Source: Chloroflexota bacterium
GTDB taxonomy: Bacteria > Chloroflexota > Anaerolineae > UBA2200
DNA length: 64,000 nucleotides
Direction: 5' to 3'
Assembly: GCA_030607875.1 (NCBI GenBank)
Contig: JAUWJD010000009.1
Span: 29,169-93,168 of the forward strand
Part shown: positions 28,287-37,896 of the stretch, piece after piece
Numbering within the stretch: the stretch's first letter is position 1
Layout: each line of letters starts with the position of its first letter
Notes under the pieces: model-generated
Seen by the model: the letters and a program-made list of their open reading frames with translations, nothing else
The model's database searches: none
What the model was told of the DNA's origin: nothing
Position numbers and translations under genes: made by a program

Positions 28287-31200
28287 CTAATCCTGCGTCT
28301 CGTCGGACATAAGGGTCTGATAGGCTTCTATCAGGGCCTTTTTGTACTCCTCAAGAGACGGTAGTCCGGCTTCCCTCCGCCTCTTGTCAACATTCGCTTC
28401 ATCTTCGATGGGCAGAGGCACGAACTCGCCATCCTTCCTCTCTAATTGTGTCCCGTATACTTGCTTTTCCCCCTCGTTAATGAGCACCCGGTCCGTCAAA
28501 TAGGCAACGTTTACCATGCGTGCTTCGAATGTCTCTGCCGCTTGTTTGAGGAGTTCCAAGCATTGTTTCTGGAAGGCAAGATCCGAGTTTGCGTGCTGCA
28601 CCAGGAGCCATGCCGCATCAGCTCCTGCCCCGCCTACCACACTGTAGCCAGGCCAACCATACTCCTGAACGATTTCTCGCATTCGGGCGGTGTTCCTGGC
28701 GTTCACCTCCTCCCACTTTATCTCAAGTGTCGGATCTGTCCCATTGGCCCGCTTCAACTGTTCTATGGCCTCCTGATCCTCGTCGACCATCCTGAGCAGT
28801 TCCTGCTGCAGTTCGCTGTTGAACTTTACTGCCAGAACAGTTTGAGCCTCCTCCGTTCCACCTTCAGGCGTGAGCGGAGTGGGCTTGAAGCTGAGCGTAG
28901 GCTCGGCATGTACTGGGGGCTGCACCTCGCGCTTCTCCGAAGAAAGACCGCTCATCAGCCGAGCTGCCACGTCAGCAACCCTGCCCGCCCCAGCCAGGTG
29001 CTCAGGTATGATTGCCTCAATGCTGTCTGTGGGGAGATGAGTGGTCTCCAGAACATCGGACGCGCAGAGGACGATGATAGGCATAGGCCGATCGGAATAA
29101 CTTTCCGAAAAACTGTACTGATGGGGCGAATGACTCTGCAACGTGATCTTGACGCCCAGTTTTCGCGCCGCCTTGCGCAACTGCGGCAGCACGCCATAGC
29201 TGCCCCACTCCTGCAGACCGAGTGCTGCATCAGGGCCATAAGCGATGCTGTCCAGATGGATCACGGCGTAGAGGCTGTACCTGGGCAGGAGCCCGCTATC
29301 CAGGAGATGCTGTATCCCCGAATCCAAGCCACCCTGCTCGACGTTCCCCCAGGCAGCGAACACAACGGTATGTTCTGGTTGATAGCCCTGTTCTTTCCAG
29401 ACACGGGCAATCTCCAGCAGAGCAGCTACGCCCGAGGCGTTGTCTACGGCGCCGGGATAGAGCCTCCCTTCCAGGTCACGACCCAGCCCGTCATAGTGCG
29501 CGCCAATGACCACCACCTGCTCAACTTTGCTCTTCCCCGGGATGGCTCCCAGGACGTGGATGCCCTTTGTTTCCGCCTGACGCTGCAGCGGGTAACTCAT
29601 GCGCACGCGCCCCGTCGTCTCCCAGACTTTGCCCTGGCCCTCGGGCAAACCCTCTACTTCTTCCTGCAGCTCCTTCAAGTGGAGGCCCAAATGCCCTAGC
29701 AACCGCTCAGCAGCCTCGTCGCTGATCTTGAAACGAGCAAAGGGGTCTGCTCCCATGAAGGAGAAACCTCCGCGAGGCAGGCTCCACCGTCCGAAGTAAT
29801 GGGGGATAGCATGTACAACGATCAGCGTGCCCACGCGTGGAGGCGGTTCGGGCCGCGGATCCTCCTGCAGGGCAGAGTAAAAGTCCAAGCCGAGGACAAC
29901 TTCTGCCTTCCCTGGCTCTCCCATTTGCAGCAGACGTATCTCAAATGGTCCCGTGCTCATGGGCTGATGCTGGCCCACCACCGTCAGGCGGCCCACGACG
30001 GGAAAAGGCGGCAGGCCAGCGCTGACATCCACAACGAAATCCTCCAGATAGGCAAATTCTTCCAGGACGTTGCCTTCTTGATCCTTCAAGATCAATTGCG
30101 GAATCTCTGCGAAATCCAGGCGTTCGAACTCGAACTGCTGGAAGTACGTCTCCCCGTCCCCTGCTGGTTCCAGCCCTGCCGCAGCGAACTGCTTGGCGAT
30201 GTACTCGGCAGCACGACGTGCACCTTCTGTCCCTGCTCGCCGTCCCTGCAATTCTTCACTCGTGAGATAGTGCACGTCTACCAGGGCACGTTCGACGTCA
30301 AAGGCGCGGGCCTGCCGAGCGTAAGCCACAGCAGGGCCAGTGTTATCCAGAATAAGCCACACGACTACAGCCACAGCAGCGGCCGCCATCAACAGGCGCT
30401 TGAAAGGCAGGCTGGCCAGGTTCACGCCACTGCGCTCCACCAGTTCCTGCAAACCCATGCCCAGCAAGTTAAAGCCCAGGACGGCGACGAAGAAAGCCGC
30501 CGCAGGATAGAGGGTCATCCAGGGATAGCTGCGAGCATAGCGCCAGGAGTTGGAGAGCATCGCCCCCCATTCAGGCACGGAGAAATAGACCACGGGCCGG
30601 TCGTACACATCCAGCGTACTGATGCCGCCCCCGATGAATATGCCCACAAACCCCAGTTCACCCAGGGTGAGCAAAACGCTGCCCATCTCCAGGGTGGCCA
30701 GGGCCAGCAGGGAGGGGAAAACGTTGGGCAGCACGTGCCGTGTGATGATCTCTGGAGTGGAGAGCCCTACTGCCCGTGCGCCCTCGATAAAGGGGCGTTG
30801 GCGGATGGTGGCAAACTCGCCACGTACAGTCTGGGTGACCTCAGCCCAGCCCAGAAAACACAGGGCAACCACAAAAGTGGATAGCCCCTTCTGGATGCCG
30901 AAAGCCAGGATCAGCAGCACACCCAGGATCAGGGAGGGGAAAGCTGCCTCAGCCCCGGCCACGCTCATAATCGCCCGATCCACAGCTCGTCCGTGGTACC
31001 AGCCAGACACGGCCCCCAGCGCGAAGCCGACGATCACTCGCACGGCCATCACTGCCGCAGCGATGGACAGGGTCTGGCCCGCACCACAGATCAGCAGGCT
31101 GAGCAAATCCCGCCCCTGCTGATCCGTCCCCAGCAGAAAGTGCGCTGACGGTGGGAACGGGGGTGTGCGTGTCACGCCATCCACCTCCAGGAACCAGGTT

Positions 31201-31352
31201 TGTTCTGTGGGGTCATGCGGCGCGAAACGCGGGCCGAAGGCAGCGGCGACGATCAGGGCCAGCACAATGAGCCCTCCGCTGATCAAGGGACCACTGGTCA
31301 GGCCATGCCACAGACGAGCCCGGCGGCGCATCTCCAGCGTCCTCTGCGTCAC
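28287..31352 (-). CDS. Fusion protein: DppC/OppC-type permease + PA/M28 peptidase-like domain + DUF6624
   Basis: LLGTDQQGRDLLS, FIEGARAVG (EAA loop), RHVLPN, PEWGAML; GRRAGTEG, IGAHYDGLG, PGAVDNASG, THLPTD; C-terminal YGWPG..VG..GADAAWLLVQHA...AYLTDRV...QVYGTQ...VDKRRREAGL. GTG start overlaps the upstream TGA. Confidence 0.9.
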   Translation of the reverse strand: MTQRTLEMRRRARLWHGLTSGPLISGGLIVLALIVAAAFGPRFAPHDPTEQTWFLEVDGVTRTPPFPPSAHFLLGTDQQGRDLLSLLICGAGQTLSIAAAVMAVRVIVGFALGAVSGWYHGRAVDRAIMSVAGAEAAFPSLILGVLLILAFGIQKGLSTFVVALCFLGWAEVTQTVRGEFATIRQRPFIEGARAVGLSTPEIITRHVLPNVFPSLLALATLEMGSVLLTLGELGFVGIFIGGGISTLDVYDRPVVYFSVPEWGAMLSNSWRYARSYPWMTLYPAAAFFVAVLGFNLLGMGLQELVERSGVNLASLPFKRLLMAAAAVAVVVWLILDNTGPAVAYARQARAFDVERALVDVHYLTSEELQGRRAGTEGARRAAEYIAKQFAAAGLEPAGDGETYFQQFEFERLDFAEIPQLILKDQEGNVLEEFAYLEDFVVDVSAGLPPFPVVGRLTVVGQHQPMSTGPFEIRLLQMGEPGKAEVVLGLDFYSALQEDPRPEPPPRVGTLIVVHAIPHYFGRWSLPRGGFSFMGADPFARFKISDEAAERLLGHLGLHLKELQEEVEGLPEGQGKVWETTGRVRMSYPLQRQAETKGIHVLGAIPGKSKVEQVVVIGAHYDGLGRDLEGRLYPGAVDNASGVAALLEIARVWKEQGYQPEHTVVFAAWGNVEQGGLDSGIQHLLDSGLLPRYSLYAVIHLDSIAYGPDAALGLQEWGSYGVLPQLRKAARKLGVKITLQSHSPHQYSFSESYSDRPMPIIVLCASDVLETTHLPTDSIEAIIPEHLAGAGRVADVAARLMSGLSSEKREVQPPVHAEPTLSFKPTPLTPEGGTEEAQTVLAVKFNSELQQELLRMVDEDQEAIEQLKRANGTDPTLEIKWEEVNARNTARMREIVQEYGWPGYSVVGGAGADAAWLLVQHANSDLAFQKQCLELLKQAAETFEARMVNVAYLTDRVLINEGEKQVYGTQLERKDGEFVPLPIEDEANVDKRRREAGLPSLEEYKKALIEAYQTLMSDETQD

Positions 31353-32296
31353 GCTCCACCTCCCGGCACTGCAGTTCGCAGCCGTGGATCCGCCCAGCGG
31401 TAGCCCAGTTCCAAGAGGGCATTGATGACCAGAAAGGTAAAGCCCAGGCTTAGTACCAGGCCCGTGGTAGTGTTGATGTCGTAGCTGCGGATGGCATCCA
31501 AGAGGGCAGTGCCTACGCCAGGCCATCCGACGAACACCTCCGCTATGGGCAATGCAGCCAGGCTGTAGCGCATCGAGAGGCTGAGCGCGGTGAGTATCGA
31601 AGGAGCGGCGTTGCGGAAAGCGTGACGCCATACTACCCAGCGCCTGGAAAGGCCCTTGGCATAGGCAGTACGGATATAGTCCTGATCGAGGACATCGGCC
31701 AGGGCTAGATAGGTCATGCGCGCCATGCGAGCGATGGACGGTGCCGCCAAGACCAGCGCAGGCATGACCAGATGCTCATCCCAGCCAAATCCCCCTACCG
31801 GCAGGAGCCTCGTCCCGGTAGCACGGTAGAAACGGACAAGCATCACCTGCAACAGCAAAGCCAGGAAGAAGGTAGGCGCCGAGATGCCCACCAGGGTGGA
31901 GGCGATGATGCCCACGGAGAGGCGCGAGTGGCGTAGCAAAGCGGCCAGGGTGCCCAGGGGTATGCCAATAAGCGCTGTCAGCAGCAGCGCGACAGCCAGC
32001 AGACCCATCGAACGTGGATAATACCCCCGCAGCAACTGGGCGACCGGCCTGGTCGCCATCCGTCGACTCCGCCGCGTCCAAAGCGCGCTGTTTCCCAGGT
32101 CACCGCGAATGGCGTGGCTCAAGTATTCCCCTGTGCCAATCGCACTCTGGCGCAGTATCACAGAGGCAGGCGCATAGCCCCTCGCTCTGGCCGCTCCCAG
32201 AGTCAAATGGCACAGGAAAATGATCAACACAAGGGTGAAAACAGCGGCAATCAGATGTCGGAACGGCAAACGCAAGGTGCATTCACTCCGAAGCAA
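31349..32296 (-). CDS. DppB/OppB-type ABC permease
   Basis: GDLGNS, GISAPTFFLA, HLVMPALVL, QDYIRTAYAKGL, RHAFRNA, WPGVG, DPRLR; exact start uncertain. Confidence 0.9.
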   Translation of the reverse strand: MLRSECTLRLPFRHLIAAVFTLVLIIFLCHLTLGAARARGYAPASVILRQSAIGTGEYLSHAIRGDLGNSALWTRRSRRMATRPVAQLLRGYYPRSMGLLAVALLLTALIGIPLGTLAALLRHSRLSVGIIASTLVGISAPTFFLALLLQVMLVRFYRATGTRLLPVGGFGWDEHLVMPALVLAAPSIARMARMTYLALADVLDQDYIRTAYAKGLSRRWVVWRHAFRNAAPSILTALSLSMRYSLAALPIAEVFVGWPGVGTALLDAIRSYDINTTTGLVLSLGFTFLVINALLELGYRWADPRLRTAVPGGGA

Positions 32297-32313
32297 GCAA
32301 ATGGCAGTCGGAC

Positions 32314-33000
32314 CTATTCCTGGCCATGATAGATAGTTGGCGCACTGCGTTTTTCCTCGACTGGGGCGAAGGAAAAGCTGTGCTCGCTGCTTCGCCCCCC
32401 CCTAGTCCGAAAGACCAAGTGAACCCGTACAGTGTCCGGGGGATACAACGTGCGCACCGTACTTGATGGGTCCATGACCATGAATGACTCAATAACCATG
32501 ACTCGCCCCTGTACGCTGATGCGAGCCTCCTGCGGGGGAGTCAAGGTAACGACATATCTTGTATCAGGGGTGATCCCCCGGTCCAGGAAGATGACGATGG
32601 GAGCATCGGCCGGCACATGTTCTGCGCCATCAACGGGGAAGGTACGCAACACGCGAGGTGGTTCCTGAGCATACACCTTGGGCCGTTGGGAGGCAAAGAA
32701 GACAAGACCCAGCACGATGAGGAAACTAGCAGCGAACAGGGCGTACCGTCCGAAACCCACGGGCGGCAACTTGATCCACTCGCTCAGGCGACGGATTCGA
32801 CCCCGTTGTGTCGAGACTCGCTCGTGCTGCAGGCCCAGGCGGGCGTACGTCCGCTTGATCACCCTCTCCACCAGATTCCCCTCAGAAGGCTCCAGCACGG
32901 CTTCGACGTAGAAAGGTGGGAGATCCTCCGCTTCGATGTCGAAATAGCTCCGCAGTTCCCTAGAGAAACGCCGCTCTTCGTCACAGAGATCCTTGCACAT
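32314..33000 (-). CDS. Putative anti-sigma factor: cytoplasmic N-terminus, one TM helix, extracellular Ig-like (Big_5-like) domain
   Basis: Overlaps the ECF sigma stop; TM YALFAASFLIVLGLVFFA; PRVLRTFPVDGAEHVPADAPIVIFLD resembles the SbsA Ig-like start. Confidence 0.65.
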   Translation of the reverse strand: MCKDLCDEERRFSRELRSYFDIEAEDLPPFYVEAVLEPSEGNLVERVIKRTYARLGLQHERVSTQRGRIRRLSEWIKLPPVGFGRYALFAASFLIVLGLVFFASQRPKVYAQEPPRVLRTFPVDGAEHVPADAPIVIFLDRGITPDTRYVVTLTPPQEARISVQGRVMVIESFMVMDPSSTVRTLYPPDTVRVHLVFRTRGGRSSEHSFSFAPVEEKRSAPTIYHGQE

Positions 33001-33568
33001 TTTCCCGCTCCTCGTGCCCAATAGCCGTCATCTTTTCACGCAATGCCCGCCGGGCCCGCCACAGACGGTTCTCTACAGCCCGCTGCGTCAGCCCTACGGC
33101 CTCGGCAATCTCTCTAATGGGCTGCTCAGAAAAGTAGCGGCGGTAAACGATCGCTCTATCCAGCTCCGAAAGCTCGGCCAGGGCGCGCCGCAAACCTTCC
33201 TTGCGTTCTAGCCAGTCCTCAGCCATCTCTGCTGCCTGGTCAGGGAGAGCAGCCACATCCTTCTCTGCGCGCGTCTCAAGTTCCCGGCCTCGCTTGCGCC
33301 TTTGATCCAAAGCCATGTACTTGGCCCGCATGCGTATCCATTTGGCCAGTGTCCCTCGCTGTGCATCAAACTCATCGAGCTCACGCCAGACGGCAACGAA
33401 CACGTCGCTCACGATCTCCTCTGCATCCTCAGCGCTTCCAAGACCACCCAGGATGTGCGAGACCAGAGCATATAGCTCGGCGGCGTATCGCGCGACCAAG
33501 ACCTCCAAGCAGCGAGAGTCCCGCTGGCGTATGCCTCTGACGAGCTGGTGTTCGGGGTCCTTTGCCAT
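32981..33568 (-). CDS. ECF-type RNA polymerase sigma factor
   Basis: DAEEIVSDVFVAVW, FD..RGTLAKWI, region 4 IREIAEAVGLTQRAVENRLWRAR. Confidence 0.92.
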   Translation of the reverse strand: MAKDPEHQLVRGIRQRDSRCLEVLVARYAAELYALVSHILGGLGSAEDAEEIVSDVFVAVWRELDEFDAQRGTLAKWIRMRAKYMALDQRRKRGRELETRAEKDVAALPDQAAEMAEDWLERKEGLRRALAELSELDRAIVYRRYFSEQPIREIAEAVGLTQRAVENRLWRARRALREKMTAIGHEERENVQGSL

Positions 33569-33718
33569 GATGAATGGCTCCTCTATAGAATACTACGTCT
33601 GGGGGTTGAGCAATCTCTCATTATTGTATCCTACGCCACGATGACCCCAATTCCTGCTGGTGTCCACCGTACTGGCAGAGCCCGATAATCAACTATGCTG
33701 CCGAAGCGGGAGTCATTG

Positions 33719-33979
33719 AAGGAAGGAGAAAGTATCGATTCGACGGAGAAGCCCTTCAAGGAACTGACCAAAGCCCCAGGCGTGCCTAGCTATGAAAGTG
33801 AGGTTCGGGCGGTCATCCGCCGCCACCTAGAAGCGGTAGCGGCGATTGAGCGCGACCGGTTGGGCAGCATCACTGGCGTAAAGCGCGGCTCAGCGGATTG
33901 GCCGCAAGTAATGCTCGCCGGGCACATGGATGAGGTCGGCTTTGTGGTCAGCCTGATCACCGATGAGGGTTTTATCCGC
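33719..33979 (+). pseudogene. Truncated 5' duplicate of M42 aminopeptidase #4
   Basis: 261 bp colinear with 41893-42153 (25 mismatches by manual count); ATG is mutated to ATC; homology ends after EGFIR. Confidence 0.9.
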
Positions 33980-33992
33980 ATAATCGCTTCGG

Positions 33993-34747
33993 TCAGCTCG
34001 ATAGGCTGACCGCGCCCATAGAGTAACCACTGTCGGGGCTGATGGTCTGCCCGGTAATGAAGCCTGCCTCTCTTGACGCGAGGTGGAGCACCAACGAGGC
34101 CACCTCTTCGGCTTTCCCCAGCCGCCTCATAGGCGTGGCTTCCTTGATCTTCTCCGGCCTCTCGGCTCTGAGCCCCTCCAGAGACCTTGTCTCCACAAAG
34201 CCGGGTGCCACGACGTTGACCGTGATGCCCAGAGGGGCAACCTCCTGGGCTAGGGCACGGGTCAGGCCGATGACGCCGGCCTTGCTGCCGAGTAGGCCGC
34301 CGCACCCGCACAGCCAGCGAGGCCGCAGATGGAAGCGATGTTGACGATGCGCCCCCTGTGCTGGCGGAGCATCACTGGTAGCACGGCCCGCAGGCAGTTG
34401 AAGGTGCCAGTGAGATAGAGCGCCAGGGTGCTATGCCACTCCTCATCGCTTAACATCTGCAAGGGGTGGGGGGTCACTTTCGCTCCAGCGCTGTTGACCA
34501 GGATGTCGAGGCGGCCGAAGTGATCGACCAAGGCTTTCACCATGGCCTCCACCTCCGCCCTCTGGGTGATATCGGCTGGCAGGGCCAGGCCCTGTGTTGC
34601 AGCAGCCACTCTCTCGGCTGCAGTGGGATCCAGGTCGTTGATCCCCACGATGATCCCCTCCTCCGCAAAGAGGCGGGCCACAGCCTCGCCAAGGCTGCCG
34701 CCCGCCCCGCTAATGAGCGCCACCTGACCCTGCAGATCGTATCTCAC
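33993..34747 (-). pseudogene. Frameshifted SDR (FabG-like) oxidoreductase
   Basis: ISGAGGSLG, DILVNSAG, then a 1-nt loss near 34286 inside the YSASKAG motif; continues in another frame as APGFVET...FITGQTI. Confidence 0.85.
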
Positions 34748-34784
34748 TCTTCGTCCCCCTATTCGGAAAGACGTACAGCGGCGG

Positions 34785-35615
34785 CTACATTTTCCCCGCC
34801 TTGAACTTCTCGACCTGCTTCCGGATGGCGGGCTCGGTGGGAAGTCGTTCGATGCTGGAGGCGCCAAAGAAGCCGACCACCCCCTCTGTATGGTCGTAGA
34901 TGTACTGGGCATCAGGCGGTTCGGCAATCGGACCACCGTGGCAGAGCACCAGAATGTCTGGATTGACCTTCTTCGCAGCATCGTGCATGGCCTGCACCCG
35001 CTTCGCCGACTCCTCCAGCGTCAACACTGTCTTGGCACCAATGGCTCCCTTGGATGTCAGACCCATGTGAGGGACTAGCACGTCGGCGCCGGCTTTGGCC
35101 ATTGCGACCGCGTCCTCCTCGTCCAAGACGTAGGGGCAGGTCAGCATGTCCAGTTCGTGGGCCAGTCGGATCATCTCCACCTCGAGGGCGTAGCCCATGC
35201 CCGTCTCCTCCAGGCCCTGCCGGAAGACGCCGTCAATCAGCCCGACGGTGGGAAAGTTCTGGACGCCGTCAAAGCCCATCTCCTTGATCTGCTTGAGGAA
35301 CGTGGGCATCAGTCGGAAGGGATCAGTGCCGCAGACGCCCGCCAAGACCGGCGTGTCCTTGACTACTGGCAGCACCTCAGCCGCCATCTCGACGACAATG
35401 GCGTTGGCGTCGCCGTAGGGCATCAACCCGGCCAGTGAACCCCGCCCAGCCATGCGGTAGCGGCCGGAGTTGTAGATGATGATGATGTCGGCCCCGCCGC
35501 GCTCGGCGAACTTGGCCGAGATGCCGGTGCCGGCCCCACAGCCAATGATCGGCTTGCCTTCGGCCACGGTCTGACGCAGCTTGCGCAGACTCTCTTCTCT
35601 TGAAATGTACGGCAT
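34785..35615 (-). CDS. TIM-barrel 'phosphoenolpyruvate hydrolase-like' protein (homolog of the Tm-1 C-terminal domain)
   Basis: [65 protein letters not shown]. Confidence 0.92.
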   Translation of the reverse strand: MPYISREESLRKLRQTVAEGKPIIGCGAGTGISAKFAERGGADIIIIYNSGRYRMAGRGSLAGLMPYGDANAIVVEMAAEVLPVVKDTPVLAGVCGTDPFRLMPTFLKQIKEMGFDGVQNFPTVGLIDGVFRQGLEETGMGYALEVEMIRLAHELDMLTCPYVLDEEDAVAMAKAGADVLVPHMGLTSKGAIGAKTVLTLEESAKRVQAMHDAAKKVNPDILVLCHGGPIAEPPDAQYIYDHTEGVVGFFGASSIERLPTEPAIRKQVEKFKAGKM

Positions 35616-35660
35616 GATAGTGTCCTCCTTTTCTATGTGTGTTACTTGTTACATAGCGTA

Positions 35661-36872
35661 CTACTTGGCCGACAGGAATTCCAGGAGTTTGTTGGCCACG
35701 GCGTCGGCAAACTCGTCGTCGTTGATGTTGTTGTCCATCTCATACACCGGGATGTCGGGCCGCACATGCTTCTTGATAGCATCGTATAGGGCCTTGTCCG
35801 CCTCCGGCCACCAGAACTCCTTGCCCTCGGCATCCAGCATGGATACGCCCTGCAGCGGCAGGAAAAAGGCCACCGGCGCCGTGGACTTGTTGGCCTTCTC
35901 GGCCAGGATGCGGCCCAGCTCCGCGTTCTCCTCTGGGGTGGTGCGCATCAAGGTTACGTTGGGGTTCCAGTGGTAGAATCGCCGCCCTTTGTATTTCTCC
36001 GGCACCGTTTCCGGGGCCCAAAAGTTGGCCATGTCCAGACAGCCGGGGACGATGACCTGAGGCACTCCCTTCTTGGCAGCTGCATCCAGGCGTGTTGGGC
36101 CCGCTGACAGCACGCCGCCCACCAGCTCGTCCGCCCACTCCGTTGTGGTGATGTCCAGCACCCCGTTGACGTAGCCTTCCTCTATCAAGCTCTCCATAGT
36201 CTGCCCGCCGGTGCCCACTGCGTGGAAGATCAGCACCTCGTAGCCGTGCCTTTCCATCGTCTCGCGGCAGCGATTGACGACGGCAGTGGTGTTGCCAAAC
36301 ATCGAGGCGGCCAGCAAGGGCTTTTCCTCGATCTTGGGCGCTGGCGTCTCCACCATGCCCACCACCGCGCCCACCGCATTAGCGTAGATGCGGGCGCTGA
36401 TACGGTTGACCCCCGCCACGTCCACCACTGATGGAAACATGACCACGTCTTTGGTCCCCACGTAGGCTTTGGTGTCGCCCGAGGCCAGGGTGCTGACCAT
36501 GACTTTGGGGACACCCAGGGGCAGAGCGCGCATGGCAGAAGTGCCAACAGCCGTACCCGCTGAACCGCCCATGGCGATCACGCCGTCAATCTTGCCCTGG
36601 TCGTAGAGCTCCTTGACCACCTTGGCGATGCCTTTGGTCATGACATCCATGGCCAAGCCTCGGTCTGCCTTCTCTTGGAGCTCCTTGAGGCTGACGCCGC
36701 CGGCCTCGGCCACCCTCTTGGAGGGGATGTCGGCTTTGAAGCCGGGCTCGCCCACAACGCTGCTGTCTATGACCAAGGCTGCGTGCCCGCGCTGCTTGAT
36801 CTGCTCCTTGACGAAAGCGAACTCCTTGCCTTTGGTATCCAAGGCCCCAATCACTGCAATAGTCTTCGGCAT
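35661..36872 (-). CDS. Tm-1-like ATP-binding domain protein (UPF0261)
   Basis: GALDTKGKE, LPLGVPKVMVST, SVVDVAGVN, SMFGNTT, FHAVGTGG, DITTTEWAD, NVTLMRT. Confidence 0.92.
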   Translation of the reverse strand: MPKTIAVIGALDTKGKEFAFVKEQIKQRGHAALVIDSSVVGEPGFKADIPSKRVAEAGGVSLKELQEKADRGLAMDVMTKGIAKVVKELYDQGKIDGVIAMGGSAGTAVGTSAMRALPLGVPKVMVSTLASGDTKAYVGTKDVVMFPSVVDVAGVNRISARIYANAVGAVVGMVETPAPKIEEKPLLAASMFGNTTAVVNRCRETMERHGYEVLIFHAVGTGGQTMESLIEEGYVNGVLDITTTEWADELVGGVLSAGPTRLDAAAKKGVPQVIVPGCLDMANFWAPETVPEKYKGRRFYHWNPNVTLMRTTPEENAELGRILAEKANKSTAPVAFFLPLQGVSMLDAEGKEFWWPEADKALYDAIKKHVRPDIPVYEMDNNINDDEFADAVANKLLEFLSAK

Positions 36873-36879
36873 TTGTTTT

Positions 36880-37003
36880 TCTCCTTTCCATAACTAAGAG
36901 TCGTGAATCCCAAACAGCCGCGCTGCGTTTTCGGCAGTTCATCATCTCCTTTCCATGATTAGGAGTCGTGAATGCCAAACAGCCTGGCTGCGTTTCCGCC
37001 CAG
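36880..37003. repeat. Imperfect tandem duplication (~58 bp, 65-bp period) of the amidohydrolase 3' end plus the downstream RBS
   Basis: 36880-36937 and 36945-37003 both encode NAARLFGIHDS* followed by GGAAAGGAGA on the minus strand. Confidence 0.85.
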
Positions 37004-37876
37004 GATGTCGGCTTTCTCGACGGCTGAAAGATGCGGATTCTCGCGGACTAGATCGATCATGTAGCGGATACTCACCTGGTTGGCCACGGCCGGATAGTCC
37101 GAGGCAAACAGGATGTGCTGGAAGCCCATCGTCTCGCGGATGCGCTCCACGCGCCATTCCCGCTCGACCAGCCAGGCTACGGCCGCCAGGTCCGCCCACA
37201 CGTTGGGATAGTCCGAACCCAACTGCAGCGCTTCCTCAAACCAGATGCATGGTTCATCCTTGCTGTAGCTGCCCAGGTGGGCCAGGATAATGGGCACTCG
37301 ATGATACTTCTCCAGGACAGGACGCAGCCGTTCCGGGTTGGCGTCCACCGACAGTGCTCGGGCATCCCAGGGAGGAGCCCCACAGCCAGTGTGGATCAGG
37401 ATAACCCGGCCAGTCTCTTCGCACCAGGCGCACACGCGCCGAAAATTCTCACTGTCAGCCGGGTCAAAGAACTGGGCAAAGGGCAGCAGCTTGACGCCCC
37501 GCAGCCCTAGCTGCTCGATCTCGGCCAGCTTCGCCTCTACGTACCCGGCGTCTTTGCACAGGTTCACCGACCCGAGGCCGATGAAGCGGTCGGGATGGGC
37601 GGCCACCATGTCGGCCACGATGCGGCTGGTCACCTTGGGCGTCAGCTTCTGCACCATGACCGCTTCGACTTCTGACCAGAAGACCCGATGGGCTGCCGGA
37701 GTCTTGAAAAAGCGGAAGCGGGTCTGCTGACACAGGTCAGGCCGTTTGATGTCCGCCGGGTCGGTGTCCACCGCCAGCAACACCGCATGGGTGACACCAG
37801 CCCCGTCCATCTCTGCCAGGAGGGCATCGGCACCCATCTTGGGGTGGACGTGGGCATCTACAATCAGTTCATTCAT
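36959..37876 (-). CDS. Amidohydrolase_2 family metal-dependent hydrolase
   Basis: IVDAHVH, GVKL, LIHTG, ILAHLG, LFASDYP, ILGGNAARL. Confidence 0.9.
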   Translation of the reverse strand: MNELIVDAHVHPKMGADALLAEMDGAGVTHAVLLAVDTDPADIKRPDLCQQTRFRFFKTPAAHRVFWSEVEAVMVQKLTPKVTSRIVADMVAAHPDRFIGLGSVNLCKDAGYVEAKLAEIEQLGLRGVKLLPFAQFFDPADSENFRRVCAWCEETGRVILIHTGCGAPPWDARALSVDANPERLRPVLEKYHRVPIILAHLGSYSKDEPCIWFEEALQLGSDYPNVWADLAAVAWLVEREWRVERIRETMGFQHILFASDYPAVANQVSIRYMIDLVRENPHLSAVEKADILGGNAARLFGIHDS

Positions 37877-37896
37877 TGCTCCGCTCCCAATAAACT

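Noticed and set aside
28446..30884. 417-aa and 361-aa + strand ORFs
   Set aside because: Antisense to the permease-peptidase fusion, with no motifs
31353..31631. N-terminal 93 aa of the 1114-aa ORF
   Set aside because: Overlaps the DppB gene in another frame; the real start is most likely the GTG at 31352 coupled to the DppB stop
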